DNA of 20,000 nt from the NCBI GenBank assembly GCA_012862495.1, contig BLSG01000231.1, positions 60,731 through 80,730 on the forward strand. The letters are read 5' to 3'. Within the stretch, counting starts at the first letter, position 1. Each line of letters opens with the position of its first letter. Of the stretch, positions 1 through 9,669 are shown one piece after another. Below the pieces are notes generated by a model. It saw only the letters and a list, made by a program, of their open reading frames with translations, was not told where the DNA came from and made no database searches. The translations under genes and the position numbers were made by a program. This DNA is from Thraustochytrium aureum (taxonomy: Eukaryota).

Positions 1-497
1 CGCCTGTTGATCTCGTTGATGAACGAGCAGTCTCCCGACAAGTGCGCAGCCCGGATCTCGCTGCAGGCAATGTGCAGGCAGTTGTCCCAGTCCACTTTGG
101 CGCGGCAGTGATCGAACGCATGCACGAGCTCGTGCACCATCGTCCGCGTCACGAGATCCTGCTGCAAGTTGAACTTTTCTATGTTGTCCTCGCACAGCAC
201 GACCTGCGCCTTGAGAGCAGGATCCGTCACAAATCCCCCAGCGATGCCCTCGTTCGGCGCGCACGGTTTGCACGCGAAGAAGCCCAGCTCTGGCACGCGG
301 CACCCGGCGTCCTCGAGGTTTTTCACGAGCCGCTTCACCTTGGTGTCATTTTTCGCCACGTGCAGCATCTCCTCGCACCGGGACTGCGCCGGAGCGGGCG
401 CGCCGCCATCGAGGCTCAGCCCTCCGACGCCGAGGCCGACCGCATCTAGCCCAGCGCGGAGTGCGCCTTTCGCAGCGCCGTCCTGCGGCTCTGCCAT
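1..497 (-). CDS. ATP23: Mitochondrial inner membrane protease ATP23 (peptidase M76), 3' end truncated by the window edge
   Basis: Manual translation from ATG at 497 (context GAAAATGG): MAEPQDG...RCEEML...LEDAGC...CKPC...IAGGF...VVLCEDN...TMVHELVHAFDHCRAKVDWDNCLHIACSEIRAAHLSGDC. The HExxH motif followed by FDHCR, HIACSEIRAA and LSGDC is the ATP23 signature. The frame stays open to position 1. Confidence 0.95.
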   Translation of the reverse strand, partial: MAEPQDGAAKGALRAGLDAVGLGVGGLSLDGGAPAPAQSRCEEMLHVAKNDTKVKRLVKNLEDAGCRVPELGFFACKPCAPNEGIAGGFVTDPALKAQVVLCEDNIEKFNLQQDLVTRTMVHELVHAFDHCRAKVDWDNCLHIACSEIRAAHLSGDCSFINEINR

Positions 498-553
498 TTT
501 CCAGCTCGCACGCACGACCGGGGTCTGTCGCGTCCAGCGATTTTCAATCGACT

Positions 554-729
554 NNNNNNNNNNNNNNNNNNNNNNNNNNNNNNNNNNNNNNNNNNNNNNN
601 NNNNNNNNNNNNNNNNNNNNNNNNNNNNNNNNNNNNNNNNNNNNNNNNNNNNNNNNNNNNNNNNNNNNNNNNNNNNNNNNNNNNNNNNNNNNNNNNNNNN
701 NNNNNNNNNNNNNNNNNNNNNNNNNNNNN
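554..729. other. Assembly gap or masked sequence (176 N)
   Basis: Run of N. Confidence 0.99.
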
Positions 730-1115
730 ACAGTAACCATTGGCACAGCCTGGAGGACAGGTGCTCATGCAGTTTCACACCTCGTAGTAACGTTTACTAC
801 CGCGTCAGTTGACTTGCACAGGCAAGTTACAGACACCGAACACCAGACAGACAACAGCGGTACAAGGCAGGGAGCCGACAGCAGCAGGTCTGCAGGTGGA
901 GATCGCTGCGTGGTCAGTCACACGGACGATCTCAGGAGTCGGGGCTGGAAGTAACGTAGCACAAGTGCTACCGTGGCAAGAACAAAGTTCTTGGCCGAAC
1001 AGGAGTTATTTGCCTTAGAGATTACGTGCTGGAGGCAGACCAGCAAGCTGTGCCTGGAAGCTAGCGGTGCTAGCGTCGGTACAAGCCAATTTGCAGCCAG
1101 GCGTAGACTTTCGCG

Positions 1116-1175
1116 TCTTCGTACTGGGTCCCTTTTCTTTTCACATCTTCGTACTGGATCCCTTTTCTTTTCACA
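1116..1175. repeat. 30-bp tandem duplication (2 copies, 1 mismatch)
   Basis: TCTTCGTACTGGGTCCCTTTTCTTTTCACA (1116-1145) followed by TCTTCGTACTGGATCCCTTTTCTTTTCACA (1146-1175). Confidence 0.9.
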
Positions 1176-2270
1176 GGACGTTCCTTTGGTGGACTTGACC
1201 GACGACAGGAGCACGCCGTTCCTTCGGGGCACCGTGAAGCTAGACAAAACCTGCATAGCCGGGGTTTAGTCGCATAGACATCCTCCAATACTTTAGAAGT
1301 AATACAAAACATGCTTCTACATGCAGAGGTCTTTGGCGACGGGGAGGCTGTCCGCGGCGGCAGGGCGGCTCCTGGCCTCGCGGTTGAAGACCCGCGCTGC
1401 GGCGTGGCGGTGCAGGCCTCTGGAATGGCCGGCCGGCTGGTCGATGCCGCATGGGTGTGACGCGGCGGCGTGGGCTTTCTCTGTTTTTTCATGAAAGTCC
1501 CGCTTGAACGTCGTTTGTCCTGTGCGAAGAGCCGGCTCCAGCCAGCTCTCGAGGCAGGCTGCAGGTAGACGAAGGCACCGCCTGCAGGGTCCGCAGTTCA
1601 CCGGAAGCTCGCTCGCTCGACAACAAGTAAAAACCCATGACACACGTTCATCGCATCGTTCGCGTCGAAAAATCGCCGCCCGCGTTCACCGCGAAGCGCA
1701 ATGCCGAGGCAAAACCATCGCGTTCGCATCCCAAACGACCGTGCGCCACGCACAAGTTCGCAAGCATCAAGACTCGAGCGACTCCTCGGCACCTGGCCTC
1801 GCCGCGTTCGACACCAAACCCGCTGCGCCAACTCCCATCCACGCGCAACCTGCCATGTCAGACCAACGACGACGAGCACCGGTTCCTTCGAGGCCGCAGC
1901 AGCGACCGCCGAGCCCGCGGCGCGCTCGCAGAGCTGGAGGTCGGCGGTGACCTTGTAGCACTTTTCAACCTCAAGTGCAAGTCCGGCATCGACGTTGTTG
2001 TCGAGCTCACGCCAGACCTCGAGCGAATCCGCGTCCGGTCCCGCAGCGCAGAGCGGCGCGCGCGGATCGGGGACGCCGTGGGAGCTGCCGGTGTCCGCGC
2101 TCGGGGCCGCCACAGCGGCAGCCGCCAGCAGCTGCGGCTGCGTCAGGGATCGCTCGGCAGGGTTGAGGTCAAGGTTTGGGCAGCACGAATCACGCTGGGG
2201 ATCCCCCCCCCGCTCCCGGCTGCGCGGACCCTCCCGACCTCGACCGGCGGCGGCGCGGCGGCTGCAGGCC

Positions 2271-5200
2271 ATGGGCAACGCGGTATCTAGCGGCGGCTCG
2301 GGCCCGCCGAGGGAGAAGTTTATGCGACACCTCGAGGCGACCAAGGAGGAACGGCGGTCCAGACTCTCCAAGCTGCTCAAGGAGCGGCATGTCGGCATCC
2401 ATCTCGTGCCAAAAGACGGCGAGGACGGCGCTGCAGGCCCGGCCGCACGTGGAGTCATGTCGGCTTCCACCGAGGAGCGACTGAGAAGGCTTGGTTGGGA
2501 CGGAAGTAGCGCGCCTCGTGCAGCCGTGTCCGTAGCCCAGCCTGGTGGCCGTAGCGCCGAGATACTGTTCGTTGAAGACGAGTGGGATGAGGAAGACGAC
2601 GCAGACGGCGAAGATGGCGAGGGCCTAGAGAACGAGGGTCTCGAGGACGAGAAGGACGACCCGGAGGCGCGAGCTGGCACTGTGCACAAGCCAGTGGTGT
2701 CCCCCTTGCCGCGAACGGAAGGGGCCATGTCTGCACAGGGTTTGCAAGCGCAAGCGCTCGCGGCGCTGCCAGACTCAAGCAACGTGACAGCCTCCAGTCT
2801 TCTGGACGATCCGGCGGTGCGCAGAATGGTGATGGGCGACGCAAACAGCCAAATCCCCTTTTCTGTGCTGCAAAAGGTTGCCCGCGCAATCCAAGGCGAG
2901 GACGTTCCGCTTGCCGAGGAGTCCTCCCCCGCAGAGGTATCCCGACACGGCGAGGGCGCCCCAAGAGCGGCCGCTCTGGGCCCGGTACCGCCAGGGAAGA
3001 ATCGTCCAAGGACCAGCAGGGAAGACCGCGACGGAGATGAAGAGGATGAAGAACTAGAAGACGAAGACGATAGCGAGGATGACGGCAGCGACGACGANNN
3101 NNNNNNNNNNNNNNNNNNNNNNNNNNNNNNNNNNNNNNNNNNNNNNNNNNNNNNNNNNNNNNNNNNNNNNNNNNNNNNNNNNNNNNNNNNNNNNNNNNNN
3201 NNNNNNNNNNNNNNNNNNNNNNNNNNNNNNNNNNNNNNNNNNNNNNNNNNNNNNNNNNNNNNNNNNNNNNGGAAGACGACAGCGAAGAAGACGAAAAGGA
3301 GGAGCGAGCCCGAACAGAAACGGCGGGCGGGAAGAAGAACGCCGAGCCAAGTTCGAAAGCGACCTCGCGGTCGTTTTTCCTGGAGGAGCTTACTTTTCTT
3401 GCCAACTGCAGCCCGCGCAAGAACCGCATCGCCCTCCTGCATGGCGAGCTCGTGGAGCTCCATATCGTAAAGCTCACCGACATCATGGCCACGGCCCGGT
3501 TCCAAGACGAGTACCGCGTGACGCTGCGCAGCCTGGAGCACCCGCACTTGGTCCGCGTCCGAGGCGTGAGCAAGCGGAAAGACAACCTCTTTGTGGTGGC
3601 GTGCGACTTCCGCGAGACGTCGTTGCGTGAGCTGCTGGATAGCGGGTACCGCATTCCATACCCCTTCGTGCTGCGATTCGCGTTCCAGCTCTGCAGCGCG
3701 ATCCTCTACTTGCACCGCCAAGGGCATACGCACTTTGACATCCACCCGCGCAACATCTTTTTCGACGGCAACCAGCCGCCGAACCTCTTCCTGCTCGACA
3801 CCGGGGCGGGTCGCGCGTTCAACGGGCAAACTGGTCCGACAGCCATCGTGGCGCCGGAAAAGGCGATCCAGAGGTCCGCGTCGCGCAAGGACGACGCGTT
3901 CACGCCGGCAATCGACGTGTTTCACTTTGCGTTTGTGTTTTGGGAGATGCTCAGCGGCGTTACACCCGACACCTTTTTGACCAACGTCGACGCCGAGAAC
4001 GACACCCAGTACGCCGTCCCTGAGAAAGAACGGCGCCCGCCGCTGCTGGCGGTCCCGCCCGAGTTTCGCCAGCTCATTGCCAGCTGCTGGGCAGAAGAAC
4101 CGGCGGAACGGCCCACTGCGCAGGACCTCATCCTCGAGATCAAGCGCCTCATTGTTGCCACAAAGGAGGCTGGTGCGCCGCCGCAAGCCCCAGCCCCCGT
4201 CGCCTCCACGGCGGCCAGCAAAAAAGCGAGCGCCGTGGCGGACAGCCCAGAAGGCAAGATTGAGGTCGATGCGAGCCGGGGACAAGTGGAGCTGCGACGT
4301 CTCCGCCGGCTTCAAGGCTACGAGTGGATCCGCGCGCTGGCAAGCCTCTACGCGCTCCAAGACGTTTGCAGCGCTAACTCCAGCTCAGGGCTGGGCGCCA
4401 GCTGGCCAACTTTCGAGGGATTGCTGGCGCAGTTTCGTACAGGCTGCGCCGTGGGGCTTGAGCGTCTCGCGCTGTGGAGGGTGGAACAGGTCGAGTGTGG
4501 CCCGGACGAAAAGGAGGAGCGTCTCGCGCACCTTGGCAAGCTCCAGTCACTTTTCTTGGGCCGGCCAGGGCTCTGTGTCGCGAAAGCGATTCGCTCAGCG
4601 GCGGATCGGGGCCAAGCTTCGGGCGACGCGCCAGAACCGCCTGGTAGCCAAGTCGGGCACAGTGCGCTGCTCCTCGACTACTCGAGCGGGGCAACGCTCG
4701 CGGACGTCATAAGCCGTGGAGGGTGCGCACAGCCCCAGTTTTTGGCGCGCCTTGCCTGGGGTGTCTTGCAGGGCCTGAGCTGGCTGCACCGGTTCAAGCT
4801 CCCCCACGGCTCGCTGTCGCCGCGGCACGTCCTGCTTGAGCGCTCGGGCCAGGTCCAATTATCCGGATTCGATCAGGCCAGCGAGAGCGCGTGGCGCCGA
4901 TTGGCCGGCGAGTACGGCTTTGTGAGCCCGGAGACCATATTGCTAGACTCCAACTCTCCGGCCAGCGACGTGTGGAGCCTGGGCATGTGCCTCTGGTCGT
5001 GTGCGACGGGTGCTCACCCGCTGCAGGACATCACCGACTGGGCCAAGGTGCGCGAGTACGCGACGAGCTACAGCATGACGCCAAACCTCTCGCAGAACGT
5101 AGTGACGCCAGAGTTTGGCGCATTTGTGAGTAGCTGCATGCAGCGGGACCCAGGCAAGCGGCCCAGCTGCGAAGCTCTGCTTCGCCACGCCTTCTTGGCG

Positions 5201-7039
5201 GACTTTGTCGACTACCCAGGCATCCCCAAGGGCGGAAGCGACCCTGACGTGAACGCCACAGCAGGGGCCACTGCCTTGCAAGTCCCGCTCGACCCAGCGG
5301 CGTTGCGCCGCATCGAGCAGGTTGTCACGTGCAAGGAGATCGAGGCGATTTGCCGCCGCCTCGTAGCGCTCAAGGGCGACTCCTTTGACGTCTCCAGAGT
5401 CAATCTGGCCCGCTTTGGCGCGGCGCTGTCGGTCCTGGGGCCCGACTTTGTCGCTGATCGGCTTGTTTCTCGGTTGCGGCTGGTGCAGTTTCACGCGACA
5501 TCGCGGGACGGTCTCGGCGGCTCTGGCGGGTCAGCTGCCACCGAGGACAAGTCTTCTACGATCGCCGGGCTCGTCGGGGCAACGTCAGGTAGTCTGGCCG
5601 AAGCGGCAGCTGCAGCCCTCAACGGCGGAAGCCCAGACGCGGTCGCCGAGGAACTGCGCACGCGGGTGGGCGCAAACAAGCTCGCTTTGGTTCGCGGCGG
5701 ACGCGGCCCCGTCAACTGGCGCGTTGCAATCGACAAGATGCTTGCGGCGGTCGATGTTTGCAGCATAGAATATGACATGCAAGAGCAAGCGGCATCCCCT
5801 GTGCTCGTTGCTCTCGGTAAGAGCTCGCTGACGCAAGTTTTTGTCCTCGAGTCCCTGCTGGGCTCGCCGGACGCGTTGATAGACTTGGGTGTCGCGCTGA
5901 GCTCCGACGCGGACGTTGTGTGCTTCATGGCGTACCCGGACGTCGCGATGGCGGTGCACGGGCAAGGTGTGTCTGCGGTAGACCATCGCGAGCAAGTGTG
6001 CGCGAGGGCAACGGCGGCAATCCTCGCAAACGCTCGCGGAGGCTCTTCCGCTCTGCACGAGGCGAACGACCCTTGCCTGCTCGGCGCGTTCGCGTCTGTA
6101 GCAGGTCATCGCAAGCCGTATTCGGAATATGCGACGCGGTATGACGTATTCATCGGTTGCCCGATGGACGGGGATGGGAGCGGGATGCCCTTTTCGCAGG
6201 TTCTCGTGAGCTGGCTCGCCACCAAGCCAGAAGAGCTGCTGCTCGCCTATGCCCGCTTCGATGAGACCAGCAAGTTGAAGGGCCATCTGGAGCGGCTGAT
6301 CGCCCTGGAGCTCGCCTCCGCGGTTCTGTTTTATGTTCTTCCGGGGGACGGCAGGGGGTACTCTCTCTTGCTTCGCGCGGCGGCGCACGCGGCGGCGGGC
6401 AAACAGGTCGTCATGGTGCTAGGTGACTCAGTTCTGGACAATGCCGCAGACAGGGCGCATTTGGAAGCTGGCCGGCGGGCCTTCCAGAGGCACATTGCGC
6501 CTCTCAAGGGGGAGTCGGTGCACGTCTTTGGCGCGGGCGAGCTGGACGACGCAATCGAGCTTGCCGTGGAGTTGAGCGGCGGGCTGGGGGGCGATCGAGA
6601 AGATTCTCTCGATGGGCTGGCGGCGGACATTGAGTCCGAAATTCGCAAAGCGGGGGCAAGTGGCGGCGGGCCGCCGCTTTCGCTGGCGAGGAACGGCAGT
6701 GGTGGTCGGTCAAGCGTGCTTGGCCCAGCTGGGGCCCGTTCGCAGCTTGGCGGTCGCTCTTGCCTCCCCGAGTTGGTTGACCAAATTACCGACTCGCGCT
6801 TTCTGCAAGACTTGGGCAAGGTGCGCGGGCTTTTGGGCGACAACTGGACCCCATCGACCGAGCTGATCGGCGAGCTCGAGGCCGTCTCCGCGCGTGTTGC
6901 GGCGCTCTTTGGGTCCATCAAGGGACGCGGGAGCGCAATTTGCGAAGAGTACCCCACGCGGTTGCGCGAGCTGGTGCAAAACTTGCAGAGCGCCGCCCCT
7001 CCACAGCGCCCCGCACAATCCCGCTCGCATGCTAGCTGA
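2271..7039 (+). CDS. Large protein with two degenerate protein-kinase domains (TKL-like, then STE/MAP2K-like) and putative C-terminal tandem NDT/Raw-like domains; spans the gap at 3098-3270
   Basis: GCCATGG start at 2271 gives MGNAVSS. The Asp/Glu tract before the gap resumes after it (EDDSEEDEKEE, from 3272) in the frame of ORF 3452-7039, so the frame change is attributed to an inexact gap size. Kinase 1: LEHPHLV, YLH..HFDIHPRNI, LLDTG, APE, DVFHFAFVFWEMLSG, CWAEEPAERPT. Kinase 2: LLLDYSSGATL, WLH..HGSLSPRHVLL, LSGFD, SPE, SDVWSLG, CMQRDPGKRPSCEALLRHAFL. Confidence 0.85.
3098..3270. other. Assembly gap (173 N) inside the acidic tract of the kinase-like gene
   Basis: Run of N flanked on both sides by GAC/GAA/GAG-rich codons. 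Confidence 0.99.
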
Positions 7040-7735
7040 TCTCATGGATGCGTTGCGGGTGCATTGCGGCTCCGATCCGGCCCCGTCATTCCCGTACAAA
7101 TGGTTGGGTGTGGCCTGAACCAGAGTGTTTCAGAATGCGCACTTGTAGGCTGTCCGACGGATTTCGATCGTTTCGGTCCAATCGCGTCGCTTGCTCACGC
7201 GGTCGGGCTCATCCCCCCTCCTTTTGCACACTTCGCGCCAACGTTTGTGGTTCGGGCTGGCTCGAGGCAACAGAGCCAAATGCGACCTGGACGAACGACC
7301 GCAAAGTGTGCAGGCCGTCCGTCAAGAACGGCCGCAAACGGCTCGCCAAGGAACAGTATATGCTACCGCCTCGATCAGGCACAAGCGAGTGAACCAGAAT
7401 CCGCGCCAGAGCCAGACCCCCTGCCTGCCTGGCCAGCCGCCCTCCAACAATAAATTCACCAAGGGAAAACAAAGAGCCGATGGCGACTTGCGCACCCCTA
7501 ACCGCGAAGAGCCGAGCGAGCATAGAAGAAGCCCCCGCACAGAGCGCGGGGTGGGTGGGTGGAAAGCTCGTTGTATTTGATCCGCACTTGGGCGTGGCCC
7601 CACCAATTTACCCAAAGTCCTTCCAGGCAGCCGGTTAATCGGAGCCCAAATGCCGTTGAACTGGAAGCCCGAGGCCGAGCTGAGGCCGGCGTTGATCTAG
7701 GGGACCTACAAAGGCGGCAAGCAAGGACCCCAAAA

Positions 7736-8639
7736 NNNNNNNNNNNNNNNNNNNNNNNNNNNNNNNNNNNNNNNNNNNNNNNNNNNNNNNNNNNNNNNNN
7801 NNNNNNNNNNNNNNNNNNNNNNNNNNNNNNNNNNNNNNNNNNNNNNNNNNNNNNNNNNNNNNNNNNNNNNNNNNNNNNNNNNNNNNNNNNNNNNNNNNNN
7901 NNNNNNNNNNNNNNNNNNNNNNNNNNNNNNNNNNNNNNNNNNNNNNNNNNNNNNNNNNNNNNNNNNNNNNNNNNNNNNNNNNNNNNNNNNNNNNNNNNNN
8001 NNNNNNNNNNNNNNNNNNNNNNNNNNNNNNNNNNNNNNNNNNNNNNNNNNNNNNNNNNNNNNNNNNNNNNNNNNNNNNNNNNNNNNNNNNNNNNNNNNNN
8101 NNNNNNNNNNNNNNNNNNNNNNNNNNNNNNNNNNNNNNNNNNNNNNNNNNNNNNNNNNNNNNNNNNNNNNNNNNNNNNNNNNNNNNNNNNNNNNNNNNNN
8201 NNNNNNNNNNNNNNNNNNNNNNNNNNNNNNNNNNNNNNNNNNNNNNNNNNNNNNNNNNNNNNNNNNNNNNNNNNNNNNNNNNNNNNNNNNNNNNNNNNNN
8301 NNNNNNNNNNNNNNNNNNNNNNNNNNNNNNNNNNNNNNNNNNNNNNNNNNNNNNNNNNNNNNNNNNNNNNNNNNNNNNNNNNNNNNNNNNNNNNNNNNNN
8401 NNNNNNNNNNNNNNNNNNNNNNNNNNNNNNNNNNNNNNNNNNNNNNNNNNNNNNNNNNNNNNNNNNNNNNNNNNNNNNNNNNNNNNNNNNNNNNNNNNNN
8501 NNNNNNNNNNNNNNNNNNNNNNNNNNNNNNNNNNNNNNNNNNNNNNNNNNNNNNNNNNNNNNNNNNNNNNNNNNNNNNNNNNNNNNNNNNNNNNNNNNNN
8601 NNNNNNNNNNNNNNNNNNNNNNNNNNNNNNNNNNNNNNN
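7736..8639. other. Assembly gap or masked sequence (904 N)
   Basis: Run of N. Confidence 0.99.
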
Positions 8640-8640
8640 G

Positions 8641-8652
8641 CTAGCTAGCTAG
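8641..8652. repeat. (CTAG)3 simple repeat at the gap edge
   Basis: CTAGCTAGCTAG immediately after the N run; may extend into the gap. Confidence 0.6.
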
Positions 8653-8782
8653 TAGCAGGCAACTGCCAGCGAACAGGCGAACGGGTCGCGACCCAAAACG
8701 CTGGCAAGGCAGGCCACATTTCGATACTCGGAGTGGCGCCCGAGTCGGGAGCGTGTGGCGGGGCCAAGCGCTTGCGCAGCCT

Positions 8783-8813
<31 letters not shown>

Positions 8814-8821
8814 AGCAGCAG
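8783..8821. repeat. Compound microsatellite (CAT)6(CAG)7
   Basis: Read directly; lies about 60 nt upstream of the UFM1 start codon. Confidence 0.95.
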
Positions 8822-8880
8822 TGCTCGAGTGGAGGTCCTGAACATCGCGCGTCGGGACGGGGCGTGGCTTGCAAAGCAGG

Positions 8881-9392
8881 ATGTGAGTTTGAAGGTGGAG
8901 TGCCTGCCCGAGCACGGGTCGCGAGGTGGGTGTTTGGTGCTTGCGCTGGGTCGCGCGCCGGCCGCTGACGGGCCCGCCGGCACGCAGGGCGGAGACCAAA
9001 GTGCAGTTCAAGATCACGCTGGCGTCAGACCCCAAGCTTCCATACAGAGTTGTCAAGGTGCCGGAGGAGGCCCCGTTCACGGCCGTGCTCAAGTTTGCTG
9101 CTGAAGAGGTGCGTTGAGCCGCGGAGCGGTGGAAGGCGAACGGCGCTGACAGCGGCAGGCTCTCGCGCGCAGTTCAGAGTACCGGCGGCCACAAGCGCGA
9201 TCATCACCAATGGTAAGTGCGAGCGAAGCGCAGGTGCGGGGCGACCGCCGCGCTCGCTAACCAGCCCTTTCGATCCGTGAAGACGGCGTCGGCATCAACC
9301 CCACGCAAACAGCAGGTACGATATTCATGAAGCATGGGCCTGACTTGAGGCTCATTCCCCGCGACCGCGTCGGCGGCGGCAAACACGCCTGA
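8881..9392 (+). CDS. UFM1: Ubiquitin-fold modifier 1; exons 8881-8882, 8988-9108, 9173-9212, 9283-9392 (90 aa)
   Basis: Spliced product: [90 protein letters not shown], which closely matches the UFM1 consensus. Three introns with donors GTGAGT, GTGCGT and GTAAGT, branch points GCTGAC, GCTGAC and GCTAAC, and acceptors CAG, CAG and AAG. Confidence 0.97.
8883..8987 (+). other. Spliceosomal intron 1 of UFM1 (105 nt), splitting the start codon AT|G
   Basis: AT|GTGAGT...GCTGAC...CACGCAG|G GCG GAG ACC; splicing creates the in-frame ATG. Confidence 0.85.
9109..9172 (+). other. Spliceosomal intron 2 of UFM1 (64 nt, phase 0)
   Basis: GAAGAG|GTGCGT...GCTGAC...CGCGCAG|TTC restores [12 protein letters not shown]. 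Confidence 0.95.
9213..9282 (+). other. Spliceosomal intron 3 of UFM1 (70 nt, phase 1)
   Basis: AATG|GTAAGT...GCTAAC...GTGAAG|ACGGC restores ITN-D-GVGINP. Confidence 0.93.
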
Positions 9393-9546
9393 TCGCGGGT
9401 CTGGAGGGGCCGCTGCATTTGGCGGGCTTGGACGACGCCGAGCAAGGCGCCGCGTCAGGCCCGACCGCCACTCCGCCTCGTCCGGCAACTCGGCCCACGC
9501 CGCCGGCCGGCGTGCGCCACATGTTGGAGCGGCTACCTCAGGCCAC

Positions 9547-9562
9547 CTAGCTAGCTAGCTAG
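9547..9562. repeat. (CTAG)4 simple repeat between the convergent UFM1 and UGPase 3' ends
   Basis: CTAGCTAGCTAGCTAG read directly. Confidence 0.8.
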
Positions 9563-9669
9563 AGCGCGTGTGACGGCGCTCGGCCTGGCGCCACGACGCC
9601 GTGTCGCGCAACAAGGCACTAAAAGCAACAAGAGAAATTGTTCCTTCCGGCAGGCGGCCCTCGGGCTGA

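Noticed and set aside
42..954. Plus-strand ORFs 42-449 and 169-954
   Set aside because: Antisense shadows of ATP23; the longer one is extended artificially through Ns.
1116..1175. 30-bp repeat as a possible CRISPR array
   Set aside because: Only two directly adjacent copies, no spacer, no cas genes, and a eukaryotic context.
918..1492. Minus-strand ORFs with repeated peptides (CEKKRDPVRR; VKRKGxQYED)
   Set aside because: The peptide repeats only reflect the 30-bp DNA duplication; there is no other coding evidence.
2273..4360. Upper part of the 920-aa minus-strand ORF 1598-4360
   Set aside because: Antisense to the kinase-like gene, crosses an N gap, and has no motifs.
7040..7735. Several short overlapping ORFs downstream of the kinase-like gene
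   Set aside because: No recognisable motifs; consistent with 3'UTR or intergenic sequence. ORF 7559-8644 is mostly Ns.
8645..8983. PolyH/polyQ, polyI/S and polyL/M ORFs
   Set aside because: Translations of the (CAT)(CAG) microsatellite upstream of UFM1.
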